DNA of 63,852 nucleotides, the filler included, from Octopus bimaculoides (taxonomy: Eukaryota), in NCBI RefSeq assembly GCF_001194135.2. It is 7 parts of 6 records of this genome, joined end to end, with 100 filler letters (N's around TTAATTAATTAA, not from the genome) between each part and the next. Parts side by side here need not be neighbours in the genome. Positions count along the whole stretch, not along the records: positions 34,793 to 45,441 come from NC_068983.1; positions 45,542 to 52,043 come from NC_068995.1; positions 52,144 to 54,222 come from NW_026434080.1; positions 54,323 to 62,627 come from NC_068999.1; 3 more parts are not named here. One strand, 5' to 3'. The translations under genes were made by a program, and so were the position numbers. Below are positions 42,697 to 55,612 of the stretch, in pieces. The notes beneath the pieces were generated by a model, which worked only from the letters and a program-made list of their open reading frames with translations, did no database searches and was not told the origin of the DNA. Numbering within the stretch: the first letter of the stretch is position 1; every line of letters starts with the position of its first letter.

Positions 42697-42996
42697 TCTT
42701 ACATCTAGAAACTAATATTGTCACTCAGTAAATGCACATGCAATGTATACGGGAAAAAAAAACCTAATTCTGGTTGCAGTTGGCAAGGGCTCTTTGAACG
42801 AATAACTCTTCAGTCAGACCATCAAAGCGACGGGAACTGTAGGAGGAAGCGATCTGGGCCCCAAAATTCTTTAAATTGTGGACAGAAAATCTATGTTTTA
42901 ATACTGACTGTTATATCATTAATAATATACAACTAGCAATATTAATACTTAATGTCGCAAAGAATGAAATACAGATGATGATAATAATGATGATGT

Positions 42997-43038
<42 letters not shown>

Positions 43039-43214
43039 CGATGATGACGGTGACGATGACGATGATGGTGGTACTGGTGACGCCGGTGGTGCTGGAGGTC
43101 GCTGTCATGAGAAGTGGGAGGAAGTTACGTGGAAGGGGAGGAGTAAAGAAGACAAAGCATCGTAATACTGTATATGTAGACGAAAAACAAAAGCAAAAAC
43201 TATAGCATCATCAT

Positions 43215-43254
<40 letters not shown>

Positions 43255-43724
43255 GAGTATAACAAAAGGAAAAAGAAAAAATAAGATAATTGTAAGGAAG
43301 AATGTATATGAAATATTTATAATTATAAATGTGAAATGCACTAAATGCTTTTAAAGGAAAACAATCTTCATTTCCAGACTAAATATGATTGTATACAAAT
43401 AATATCACATTTTAGATGAACATTTTTACTATTCACTTCTCTGTTAGTACATTTGTCAAAATTCGTCTTTTGTTAATGCTTTTCCAATAGTTATTTATAT
43501 TTCATTTCAGAAGTCATTCATTAAAGGCAACAAAGAAATATGAGACGGACCGAAAGTGTTATTTGTAACTTGTTTATGCATACAAATACACTAACTCACT
43601 CACTGACACGAACAATCGCGCGCATTCATATACACACGTATTTACACCTCTCTTTCTCTCTATCTCTCTCTCTCTATATATATATATATATACGCATACA
43701 TATGTATATACACACAACATACAT

Positions 43725-43756
<32 letters not shown>

Positions 43757-43763
43757 CCACACG

Positions 43764-43801
<38 letters not shown>

Positions 43802-44208
43802 GGAAAAATTATACAAAATATATAAATAGATGATGAGTAAAGCACCGACACGGTTTAGGTTACCTGTTTTTATGAGTAGATTTACTCCAGAAACTTCGCA
43901 GTAGCAATTGGGGTGATACACGTTCCATCTCCTATTCTATTAATACTATACACGGACACAGACGCGCGCGCGCACACACACACGCATGTACATTAACGCA
44001 CATGTATAACCATATATATTTATATATATAATGCATATACATATGAATTTTGTATCTATGTATTTATATATGCATATATATAATAATATAGATTTAATCA
44101 AAAGATTGAATATGGTACTTAAAATGTTTGAGGCCCCAGAATTTGGTAGGGTAAAAACCAAAAACAAAATCAATAGATTTGGTGAATAAAATTTGAAGAA
44201 AAGCAACA

Positions 44209-44340
44209 AAAATGCATTAGGTTATAGCAGTACGTACGTTTCGTACAAACTTCATTTATTTATGTAGTGAGAACACCACCACTACATGAATAAATGAAGT
44301 TTGTACGAAACGTACGTACTGCTATAACCTAATGCATTTT
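44209..44340. repeat. Near-perfect palindrome (61-bp arms, 1 mismatch, 10-nt spacer) abutting a gap
   Basis: 44209-44269 vs 44280-44340. Confidence 0.8.
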
Positions 44341-45187
44341 NNNNNNNNNNNNNNNNNNNNNNNNNNNNNNNNNNNNNNNNNNNNNNNNNNNNNNNNNNNN
44401 NNNNNNNNNNNNNNNNNNNNNNNNNNNNNNNNNNNNNNNNNNNNNNNNNNNNNNNNNNNNNNNNNNNNNNNNNNNNNNNNNNNNNNNNNNNNNNNNNNNN
44501 NNNNNNNNNNNNNNNNNNNNNNNNNNNNNNNNNNNNNNNNNNNNNNNNNNNNNNNNNNNNNNNNNNNNNNNNNNNNNNNNNNNNNNNNNNNNNNNNNNNN
44601 NNNNNNNNNNNNNNNNNNNNNNNNNNNNNNNNNNNNNNNNNNNNNNNNNNNNNNNNNNNNNNNNNNNNNNNNNNNNNNNNNNNNNNNNNNNNNNNNNNNN
44701 NNNNNNNNNNNNNNNNNNNNNNNNNNTGTGTGTGTGTGTGTGTGTGTGTGTGTATGCGTGTGTGTATAAGCAATAAAAACAGATCTGGGTCGGTAGTCAT
44801 CTGTACTCTGTACTTGAGAAGTTCTAAGTTGTCAATTTTTACCTGTATTCACTTGTGGAAAAAGAGTTTTTTTTACATGATGTAATAGTTCTGATCATCA
44901 AATAAAAGAAAAAACACGTCTGAAAGAGTTGTAGAAATCTACAATGCGTCTATTGATGTTGTTTATAGTTCACCTCACTCGGAACATGTAATTCATTTGG
45001 ATATAAAGCCCATTGAATGCGATGCAATAGGTGCATGTGATCTTAATGACTAGTTTTGTATTCAGTTTGCCATTTGTGAATGATGTCTTCCCTGGTCAAG
45101 GAAATAAGTACAAGTTGAACACTGGGATCGATGTAATCGATTAGTACCCCTCTCCAAATTTCCGGCCTTGTTCCTATTGTAGAAAGG

Positions 45188-45259
<72 letters not shown>

Positions 45260-45279
45260 ATTATTATTATTATTATTAT

Positions 45280-45441
45280 TCAGTAGTTTTATTTTTATAA
45301 CGTGCTTTCACTTCACTACCGAGCGCAGCTCTGTGGGCCTTGGGTATGTGCTGTGGTTTGCTGTGGTGCTCTTATGTTTACTGTATTGAAAGTGTTTTGC
45401 GTAGAATGTGTGCAGTACCCAGTAGTGCAATTTTGTGTATG
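45280..45441 (-). mobile_element. R4/Dong-like LINE 3' end with (TAA)n tail
   Basis: Reverse complement of 40470-40628; (ATT)n at 45191-45279. Confidence 0.8.
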
Positions 45442-45541
45442 NNNNNNNNNNNNNNNNNNNNNNNNNNNNNNNNNNNNNNNNNNNNTTAATTAATTAANNN
45501 NNNNNNNNNNNNNNNNNNNNNNNNNNNNNNNNNNNNNNNNN

Positions 45542-46248
45542 ACAGACATGCTACATGGCAGTGAAACACAGGCTGTGACTGCTGAGGACATGTGTAAGCT
45601 CACAAGGAATGAAGCCAGTATGCTCCGTTGGATGTGTAATGTCAGTGTGCATACCCGTCAGAGTGTAAGTATCTTGAGAGAAAAGCTGAACATAAGAAGT
45701 ATCAGTTGTGGTGTGCAAGAGAGACGATTGCGCTGGTATGGACATGTGGTGAGAATGGATGAGGGTAGCTGCGTGAAAAAGTGCCACACCCTAACAGTTG
45801 AGGGAACCCGTGGAAGAGGTAGGCCCAGGAAGACCTGGGCTGAAGTAGTGAGGCAAGACCTTCGAACACTGGGCCTCACCAAGGCAATGACTACTGACCG
45901 AGACCTTTGGAAAATGTGCTGTGCGTGAGAAGACCCTGCAAGCCAAGTGAGATAGTTGCCAGTGCCCCTGGACTGGCTCTTGCGCGGGTGGCACATAAAA
46001 GACACCATTTTGAGCGTGGCCGTTGCCAGTACCGCCTGACTGGCCTTCGTGCGGGTGACACGTAAAAGCACCCACTACACTCTCTGAGTGTTTGGCGTTA
46101 GGAAGGGCATCCAGCTATAGAAACTCTGCCAAATTAGATTGGAGCCTGGTGTTGCCATCCGGTTTCACCAGTCCTCAGTCAAATCGTCCAACCCATGCTA
46201 GCATAGAAAGTGGACGTTAAACGATGATGATGATGATGATGATGATGA
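45542..46248 (+). mobile_element. RTE LINE family A 3' end with 3' UTR and (GAT)n tail
   Basis: MLHGSET.AVTAED...RRLRWYGHVVRMDEGSCVKKC..GRGRPRKTW; ends catgctagcat.gaaag.ggacgttaaac(GAT)n. Confidence 0.85.
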
Positions 46249-46746
46249 CTTTCGTTCCTTGTACCATCTCCCCAAATTAAACTTGCTTCCAGTTGCAGCT
46301 TATCTATTTACAAATTCTTGTCTCACATGCTCCCTTCTATTCTATCCTTTCACGTATTCTTGCCCAGTCACCAAATGAGGATGATATATTGCTAAGTTAA
46401 GATTCTCACGTTTTCTCGATCTTTCATACATTCATTTGCCATTAACACTTTAAATGTATTGTTTACTAACAGCTAGTTTTCAGAAGATAACTAATTACAA
46501 TAAGATAATTATTCATTTCTTGGCTTCTTTAATTTCTCGTTTCTTCGGTTTAATTTCTCATCCACCATGAACACTCAGAATGTATATTACTACTACTACT
46601 ACTACTACAACTACCTTTCCTCGTACCATCTCCCAAATTAAACTTTATTCGTGGTGCGCCTGCCCTGTCCCACCCCACCAATACTGGATATCTCAATTTT
46701 TATTTCTATCTTCTCACCATCTACACTGGATATCTTTCTCTCTTCC

Positions 46747-47090
46747 CACCACCATTACCTTATGTCTCCTCTCTCAACCCCTCCTCCTCACTGGGCTATT
46801 CTCTATATATTACCTGCACTCTTCCTCTTTCTCTCTCTTTCTCTCCTGGGACAAATGCAACTAGCTCAGTTGCCCACCAACTTACTGGCTATCTTTCGTT
46901 TCATTTCATTCTGTCTAGAAATTTGTCACCACCATTACCAGATGTCTCTTCTCTCAATCCTCCCTCCTCACTGATGCTGTTCTCTATATTACCTGCAGTC
47001 CCCCCCCTCTCTCCTCAGAAAAATGCAACTAGGTTAGCTGCCCACCTACTTAATTGACTATCTTTCGTTTCGTTTCATCTAGAAATATGC
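46747..47090 (+). repeat. Diverged ~180-bp tandem duplication
   Basis: Units start caccaccattacc at 46747 and 46927 and share tatattacctgca, aaatgcaactag and ctatctttcgtttc. Confidence 0.7.
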
Positions 47091-47444
47091 CAACAACTAC
47101 CCAGTAATTTTCCATGCACATATCAAGTGAAGGAGACAGCTAATGGGCTTCACATGTGTGCTTGTTCCTCGGTGCATGTATCTGTGCTTGTGTGTATGTA
47201 CGAATGAGCTTGATTCCTCTCTCTCTGGTGGTACCCTCCATCATACCTGCAATCCCCTCTTCCTGCACAAGTGCAACCAGTTCAGCTGACTCCCTACTTA
47301 ATCTAACATTCGAATATCCATATTTGCAACATCGCATAAATTTGTGTTTTTCTTTTTTCTTCTTCTTACAATGACCATAATGCTTATACTTACAATGCCC
47401 CGCTAACACCTACTCCTAACTCCAGTAGGGACAACAATCTTAAC

Positions 47445-50279
47445 ATGCTTGAATATTTGAATGATGTCAGGTCGGAAATGAGAACAGATGAAGCATGCCT
47501 AAAAAACGAACACAACAACCTCCCCTCTTCTTTTCAGGCGCAGAATAACATCTCTCCTCCCCAAGCCTCACCACACATTCCTTTCCCAGTTTTCAGAGTT
47601 GGCACTGTCAGTGTAGGCACACTGCAAAGTAGGTCTAGTGAGATTGTAGAGATGCTTGAAAGGAAACGTGTCGATGTATGTTGCATAGAAGAGGTAAGAT
47701 CGAGAGAAGCCTCAGCTAGGGTCCTCAGAGGCAAGGCACACACATATAAAATCTGGCAACGTAACATGGATAGAGTAGGGGGTATAGGCATACTCCTTGC
47801 AGAGAAATGGGTAGATAGTCATAAAGGTTGACAAGGTAAGCTGAAAAGAAGAAGTTTGCCAATGTCCAGTGATGTGAGGACCAAAGAACTGAAGTATTTC
47901 GGAATGCAAAAGAGTGTGTGAGAGAAAATTGTGATGTCACAGGAGAGAAATGTGTCCACATGNNNNNNNNNNGTGGAGAATGAATGGGAGGAGGAGAGCC
48001 TGCCAAATATTGACCCAACAGAGAGAGGGACCAGCTATCCAAACAAACAGCACCCTGGAAAATAAAGCAATTAACAGTATGAAGCCAGGAAAAGCCCCCA
48101 GCCCATCAGGAATCACTGCTGAGATGCTTAAAACATCTGGTGGTGTGGGCTATGGCCTAGTCACCTGTATTGTAGTTTGTGATGGAGTCATACCCAATAA
48201 CTGGCATAGCAGCACCATAGTCAACTGTTACAAGGGTAAAGGTGATGCTTTAGATAGAAATAACTACGGGCATATCAAACTACTGGATCATGTGATGAAG
48301 GTCATGGAGAGGGTCACAGCCCAACTAATTAGGGAGAGAGTCTGCTTAGATGACATGCAGTTCAGTTTTGTGCTAGGTAGAGACACCACTGATGCTATAC
48401 TCCTGGTATGGCAACTGCAGGAGAAATACTTTGCCAAACATAAACCCCTATACTTGGCTTTTGTGGATTTGTAGAAAGCCTTTGACAGGGACCCCGATCC
48501 CTTATCGGGTGGACGATGTGGAAAATGGGAATTGATGAATGGTTAATAAGGGCTGTACAGACCCTATACAGAGATGCCATTAGTAAAGTTAAGGTTGGCA
48601 ATGAGTATAGTGAAGAAATCCGGGTAGAAGTAGGGACCCACCAAGGATCAGCCCCCTTCTTATTCATCATAGTCCTCCAGGCAATAACAGAGGAATTCAA
48701 GACAGGTTGCCCCTGGGAGATCCTCTATGCTGATGACCTGGCCCTCATAGCAGAATCACTAAGAAATTTCAGGTGTGGAAGCAAGGTTTAGAATCAAAGG
48801 GCCTTAGAGTCAATATTGCAAAGACCAAAGTTCTAGTAAGTAGGAAGGCGAACATATCACACAACCTGCTCAAGCTGTAGAAAAGGTGTAGGTAGAAACT
48901 CCGTAATTTGTACCCAGTGTAAGCTATGGACCCATAAGCGGTGCAGCAACATCAAAGGAAGATTAACCAGGAAGATAGCTTTTATGTGTGGTAGATGCAC
49001 AGGGGCAATAAACACCACAGATGCTCAGAAAACAGATTCCATCACACTCCAGGGGGAGAAACTAGAAGTAGTTGATAGTTTCTGCTACCTAGGTGACCTA
49101 GGTGGATGCTCAGGGAGTATTACCACTAGAATAAAATTAGCCTAGACAAAGTTCAGACAGCTTCTACGCCTACTGGTAACAAAAGGCCTCTCTCTCAGAG
49201 TGAAAGGTAGATTGTACGATGCATGTGTGCGAACTGCCATGCTTCATGGCAATGAAACATGGGCCGTGACTGCTGAAGATGTGTAGGCTCGAAAGAAATG
49301 AAGCTAGCATGATCCACTGGATGTGTAATGTCAGTGTGCACAAACAACAGAGTGTAAGCACCCTGAGAGAAATATTGGATAGAGGATAGCTGTGTGAAAA
49401 AGTACCACACCCAAGTGGTTGAGGGAACCTATGGAAGAGGTAGACCCAGGAAGACCTCGTATGAGGTGGTGAAACATGACCTTCGAACATTAGGCCTCAC
49501 TGAGGCAATGACTTCTGACCAAGACTTTTGGAAATATGCTGTGCGTGAGAAGACTGGGCAAGCCAAGTGAAACCATAATCCGAGGACTCTGCCAGAGGTG
49601 TACCTTTCCTTCATTGGACATTAAACTCCGCTTGCGAAGACCTGTTGAGGCAAGTGAAATCGAAATTGAACCAAATTCGATGACTGGCACCCATGCCAAC
49701 CTCTCCTTCATTGGACATTAAGCTCCGCTTGCGAAGACCTGTTGGGACATGTGAAAGTGAAATCGTGATGGCACCTGTACNNNNNNNNNNATTAAACTCC
49801 GCTTGCGAAGACCTGTTGAGGCAAGTGAAATCGAAATTGAACCAAATTCGATGACTGGCACCCATGCCAACCTCTCCTTCATTGGACATTAAGCTCCGCT
49901 TGCGAAGACCTGTTGGGACATGTGAAAGTGAAATCGTGATGGCACCTGTACCAGTGGAGCGCTAAGAGCACTGTCTGAGTGTGATCGTTGCCAGAGCAGC
50001 CGTCTGGTTTCTGTGCCACGTAAATAGCACCATTTCAGCATGACCGTTACCAGCGTCACCTTCCTGGCACTTGTGCCGGTGGCACATGAGAAGGCTTTCG
50101 AGCGAGGTCGTTGCTAGTGCCACTGGACTGGCTCCTGTGCAGGTGGCACGTAAAATACACTATTTTGAGTGTGGCCGTTGCCAGTACCACCAGACGGGCC
50201 TTTGTGCTGGTGGCATGTAAAAGCATTCACTACACTCTCGGAGTGGTTGGCATTAGGAAGGGCATCCAGCTGTAGAAAC
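47445..50279 (+). mobile_element. Decayed, internally deleted RTE LINE family A (APE start, RT, PHD insert, C-terminus, 3' UTR)
   Basis: RVGTVSVGTL..VDVCCIEE (APE); KAPSPSGIT..KGKGDA...NY..IKLLDH.MK, LAFVDL*KAF, GTHQGS, ILYADDL; PHD at 48867-48998; YLG. Confidence 0.85.
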
Positions 50280-50290
50280 ACAATTAACAC

Positions 50291-50389
50291 AATTAACACA
50301 ATTAACGATCATAACAGATTATTAAAATACTTGACGGAGGTATAGTCAAGTATTTTAATAATCTGTTATGATCGTTAATTGTGTTAATT
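50291..50389. repeat. Perfect 45-bp inverted repeat with 9-nt loop
   Basis: aattaacacaattaacgatcataacagattattaaaatacttgac / ggaggtata / its exact reverse complement. Confidence 0.9.
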
Positions 50390-50862
50390 ATGTTTTTTCG
50401 TAATTTGTTATGATGGAAGCCATTCCTGAGGAAGTGCCAAACGTCAGACATCCAACGGATCAGTCGCTGGATAGAGTTGGGCACAGAAATGTTGAGATCG
50501 AATGGTAAATAATTAAATAAATGGAATAAAGATCGGTCGTGTTGAGAGTCTCTACATTTTTAAACATACAAATTTGAAACCTTGGAAATATAAACAATGA
50601 GAACGACCCTTAAGGAATCTAATCAATGATCCTTTGGGGTGAAGTCTTATGCTATATTGGTAACGATTACAAAATTTACTGGAAAATTATATATATATAT
50701 AAAGGCGCAGGAGTGGAGCTTGTTTACTAACCACATGGTTGTGGGTTCAGTCCCACTGTGTGGCACCTTGGCCAAGTCTCTACTATAGGCTCAGACCAAC
50801 CAAAGCCCTGTGAGTAGATTTCGTAGACCGAAACTGAAACAAGCCTGTCGTGTGTATGTGTG

Positions 50863-50900
<38 letters not shown>

Positions 50901-51670
50901 TATATGTCTGCGTTTTTTCCTACCACCATTGCTTAACAACCGACCAATAGAATAAGTACTATGCTTAAAAGAATGAGTCCTAGGTTCAAATTGTTCGACT
51001 AAAGGAGTTTTTGATAGTTTTTTTTAACATCTTGGCACTTTAAGCTTGTGGGAGTTAGGTCGTTTTTGCCCTTGGTCCCTTAATATACTATAAATTTTTA
51101 TAGCATGCTGACAACCTGATAAAAATCCTAATATTCTATTATGAATTAATAAATAATATAAAATAATTTAAATATTTTTGTTCCTGACTGGAATAGCATT
51201 TACTGCTTGGCTATTCTGATAATATACACATGGCTGTCATAAGAGGATTTAAAATTGACTTATGTGCAAATATTTTTATGCAGATGTGCAAATCTGCTTT
51301 GTACGGTATGTATAATTATTTGCATTTATATTTCCTGTGTATTGTGTTAACGAAGGAAAAAAGCCTATTTTATGGTTTTAATCCAGAAATTGGAACCAAT
51401 TCACAATTAATGTCAGGTCTTTTTAATATTATTTCACTATCCCATTTTAAGCCAAGTGTATATTTAAACTGGAGGTTTTGGTAGTTTTTGGACTGGCTCA
51501 GCATTTCAAGCAGGTTGGGGTTAGGTCATTTTCAGCCTTGCTCCCTTCATATACTTACATACATATCTCTTTTACTCTTTTACTTGTTTCAGCCATTTGA
51601 CTGCGGCCATGCTGGGGCACCGCCTTTAGTCGAGCAAATCGACCCTAGGACTTATATAAATATATGTATG

Positions 51671-51909
51671 TAAATACCCAGAAACTTGAGTCTGTGCGTA
51701 TCACGTGATCAAGATAGGAAGGATGACTTCCCTTTGCAAATACCGACAGAGCACAGATGTGTGTCAATAGCCAGCTGGAGGAGATGTTCTCCTGGGGCTA
51801 AAAGCAACAGTAACATTCACCCTTAGGGTTTAGCCACATTTAAGCGGCAAATATACTTCACATTGTCGTGCAGTTACTGTTTATACCTCATTCAGAGATT
51901 TAACATTGC
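51671..51909 (+). mobile_element. ~240-bp dispersed repeat lying in TA-rich sequence
   Basis: 3' part matches 786-886; ttctcctggggctaaaag matches about 1890-1910; TA-rich flanks on both sides. Confidence 0.5.
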
Positions 51910-52279
51910 ATATATATATTATTATTCAATTAATGTATAAATTACCTATAAATTTTTATAGCATGCTGACTACCTCATAAAAATCATTCAGGTGATTTTT
52001 ATGCTTATATTCCTTTATGGATATATATATATATATATATATANNNNNNNNNNNNNNNNNNNNNNNNNNNNNNNNNNNNNNNNNNNNTTAATTAATTAAN
52101 NNNNNNNNNNNNNNNNNNNNNNNNNNNNNNNNNNNNNNNNNNNATATATATATATATATGTATGTATATATATATATGCATGTATGTATATATTTGCGTA
52201 AATCTAGAATAATGAGAATGAGTGCTCATAGGTGGATAAATATTCTTTATTTGTATGAAGTGGCTTCATGTGACGGAAG

Positions 52280-52403
52280 TATCTTAACAATTTTTCAAGG
52301 CGATGAAATGGAGGAATGATGCTCGTCTCCATTTTGTGTTTTAATCTTAAATGGAGACAAAATCCATTCCTCCATGGGATCGGCTTGAAAAATTGTTAGG
52401 ATA
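52280..52403. repeat. Imperfect ~55-bp-arm hairpin
   Basis: tatcttaacaatttttcaagg..atggaggaatg..gtctccattt pairs with aaatggagac..cattcctccat..cttgaaaaattgttaggata. Confidence 0.7.
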
Positions 52404-52454
52404 TAATATTTCTAAACATGAAAAAAATGGCAGCCTTAAATCACAAATATAGTG

Positions 52455-52725
52455 TGCATGTGTGTGTTAGCATGAGGTTCGCAAAGACTGGTGCAGCTTT
52501 AGTACCCATCGCGATACCACATTTTTGGCGAAAGTATGTTTGCAAACAGGAAGTAATTATTGGTCAGAATGAACTTAAGTGATTCTATAATGAAGGTTGT
52601 GTTGATGCGATTAGGAAATGTTTCTGGGTCTTTGTGCAGTCAGAATTTAATTGCCTCAATAGCATATTCATGAGGGATATTTGTATAAAGGTTGATCACG
52701 TCAAAAGAAACCAAGAGTGACTCCT
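52455..52725 (-). mobile_element. Penelope-like RT fragment (second PLE family)
   Basis: SLLVSFDVINLYTNIPHEYAIEAIKF*L..FIIESLKFILTNNYFLF..FRQKCGIAMGTKAAPVFANLM. Confidence 0.75.
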
Positions 52726-52760
52726 CGTTTGTTGTTTTCTGTTTTCGGGAGGTGATTGAG

Positions 52761-52858
52761 CATTGTAAAACACATCGCTTAAGCAATTTCCTGGACATTC
52801 TTTTGAAACCTTTCCTAAGTCACATCAAAAGTTTCATTAGAGATGATCTTGACATGCT
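52761..52858 (+). mobile_element. Inverted upstream segment of the same PLE RT
   Basis: HCKTHRLSNFLDILLKPFLSHIKSFIRDDLDML, the segment that normally precedes the SFDV motif. Confidence 0.65.
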
Positions 52859-53909
52859 TATTTCTGTATCTTACAATACATCTCAACGCTTCTAAAAAAA
52901 ACAAACAAATTTTGTTTGTTTACTTTCATCGTAAAGTTAAATTTATTCTTATATTTAATATTTAAAGAACGCAACGTTTCCTGTCTTCATAAAATTGAGT
53001 GTACCTTTTGCAAATACCACTAGAAACTAGTATTAAAACACCCCTACTGACATAATAATAATAATTATTATTGTTCGAGTTATATATTTTTGCCTAATTT
53101 GTTGTTTATGTTATCGGTAATCCATTAACCAACCATACTAAAATCATGGCCTTTCAAAAGAATTGATGACCAATTAAATTACGGGACTGATCATAACACC
53201 CTGCCCACTTTCCGCAGGATTTCAGCTATGTCATGTCCCCGTAACTTAGCGGTCCTGCACAAGCGACCGATAGAATAAGTAACAAGCTTACAAAGGGTAA
53301 GTACAGGAGTTGATTTCTTCGACTGAAAGACTCCAGCATGGCCACAGTCAAAATGACTGAAACAAGTAAAATAATAAAAGAATATTTATACACACACACA
53401 CACACATTTATATATAAACATATACATAAATATATAGACATACACACCCGTCTTCGTCATTAATTTTTTTCGTAAATTCTCACTATATATANNNNNNNNN
53501 NNNNNNNNNNNNNNNNNNNNNNNNNNNNNNNNNNNNNNNNNNNNNNNNNNNNNNNNNNNNNNNNNNNNNNNNNNNNNNNNNNNNNNNNNNNNNNNNNNNN
53601 NNNNNNNNNNNNNNNNNNNNNNNNNNNNNNNNNNNNNNNNNNNNNNNNNNNNNNNNNNNNNNNNNNNNNNNNNNNNNNNNNNNNNNNNNNNNNNNNNNNN
53701 NNNNNNNNNNNNNNNNNNNNNNNNNNNNNNNNNNNNNNNNNNNNNNNNNNNNNNNNNNNNNNNNNNNNNNNNNNNNNNNNNNNNNNNNNNNNNNNNNNNN
53801 NNNNNNNNNNNNNNNNNNNNNNNNNNNNNNNNNNNNNNNNNNNNNNNNNNNNNNNNNNNNNNNNNNNNNNNNNNNNNNNNNNNNNNNNNNNNNNNNNNNN
53901 NNNNNNNNN

Positions 53910-53946
<37 letters not shown>

Positions 53947-54322
53947 TACATACTTCCTTCAATTTCTACATACTAAATTCAGTCACAAAGTGCCCAAGGT
54001 GACATAAAGAAAGATTTGCCCCAAGACTGCATGGTTACCACACAGCCACGCTTGCTCCGATACGCACGCGCGCACACACACATACACATACACACACATA
54101 CGCACGCACACACGCACACGCACATACACACACGAACGAACACACATACATGCAAAATGATATCTATCTATATATACATACATACATACGTACATACATA
54201 CATACATATATATATATATATANNNNNNNNNNNNNNNNNNNNNNNNNNNNNNNNNNNNNNNNNNNNTTAATTAATTAANNNNNNNNNNNNNNNNNNNNNN
54301 NNNNNNNNNNNNNNNNNNNNNN

Positions 54323-55507
54323 CCCCAACAGGTCTTTGCAAGCAGAGTTTAATGTCCAGTGAAGGAGAGGTTGGCATGGGTGCCAGTCATCGAATTTGGT
54401 TCGATTTCGATTTCAATTTACTTGCCTCAACAGGTCTTCGCAAGCAGAGTTTAGTGTCCAATGAAGTAAAGATACGAATAAGTGAGCTGGCTACACTTCT
54501 GGCAGAAGCCAATGCTCTCACTTGGCTTGCGGGGTCTTCTCACGTACTACATATTTCCAAAGGTCCCGGTCAATAGTCATTGCCTCGGAGAGGCCTAAAG
54601 TTCGAAGGTTGTGCTTCACCACCACATCCCAGGTCTTCCTGGGCCTGTCGCTTCCATGGGTTCCCTCAACCACTAGGCTGTGGCACTTTTTCACACAGCT
54701 ATCCTCATCCAATCTTGCCACATGACCATACCAGTGCAATCGTCTCTCTTGCACACCACAACTGGTGCTTCTTAGGTCTAACTTTTCTCTCAAGGTACTA
54801 ACACTCTGTCGAGTATCCGCATTGACATTACACATCCATTGGACCATATTGGCTTCGTTTCTTGCAAGCTTACACATGTCTTCTGCAGTAATGGCCCATG
54901 TTTCACTGCCATGTAGCATGGCTGTTTGTACACAAGCGTCATACAGTCTGCCTTTCACTCTGAGAAAGAGGCCCTTTGTCACCTGCAGAGGTAGGAGGTC
55001 TTTGAACTTTGCTCAGGCTATTCTTATTCTAGCAGCTACACTTTCAGAGCACCCACCCCTGCTACTAACTTGGTCACCTAGGTAACAGAAGCTATCAACC
55101 ACTTCTAGTTTCTCTCCCTGGATTGTGGCGGAAGTTGTTCTCTGCACATTTTCAGTGTTTATTGCTCCTGAGCATCTGCCACATACAAAAACTATCTTCC
55201 TAGTTAGCCTTCCTTTGATATTGCTGCAGCCCTTATGTGTCCATAGCTTACACTGGGTACATCTTATAGAGTTTCTACCTATTCCTTTTCTACAGATCGA
55301 GCAGGGCCATCTACCTGAAGGGATTTGTGGGTTGTCTGCCTTTCTATTTATTAGGACTTTGGTTTTAGCTAGGTTGACTCTGAGGCCCTTCGATTCTAAT
55401 CCTTGCTTCCACACCTGAAACTTCTCTTCTAGTTCTGATAGTGACTCAGCAATTAGAGCAAGGTCATAAGTATAGAGAAGCTCCCAGGGGCAACCTGTCT
55501 TGAATTA
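54323..55507 (-). mobile_element. RTE LINE family A, 3' half with intact PHD finger (55172-55303)
   Basis: ORFs 55013..55414 and 54518..54982; 3' UTR matches 49600-49745. Confidence 0.85.
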
Positions 55508-55612
55508 ACACAATATAAAATATATTAAAAAATATATTATTACTATGTAAATTGCATGCATTTTCCTTCTTTTATTTTATATATATATTATATGTACACA
55601 TATATATATATA

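Noticed and set aside
49615-49951. ~160-bp exact duplication in the RTE 3' UTR
   Set aside because: The two copies flank a 10-N gap, so this is probably an unmerged contig overlap. The shorter internal repeat is real, because it also occurs at 54323-54466
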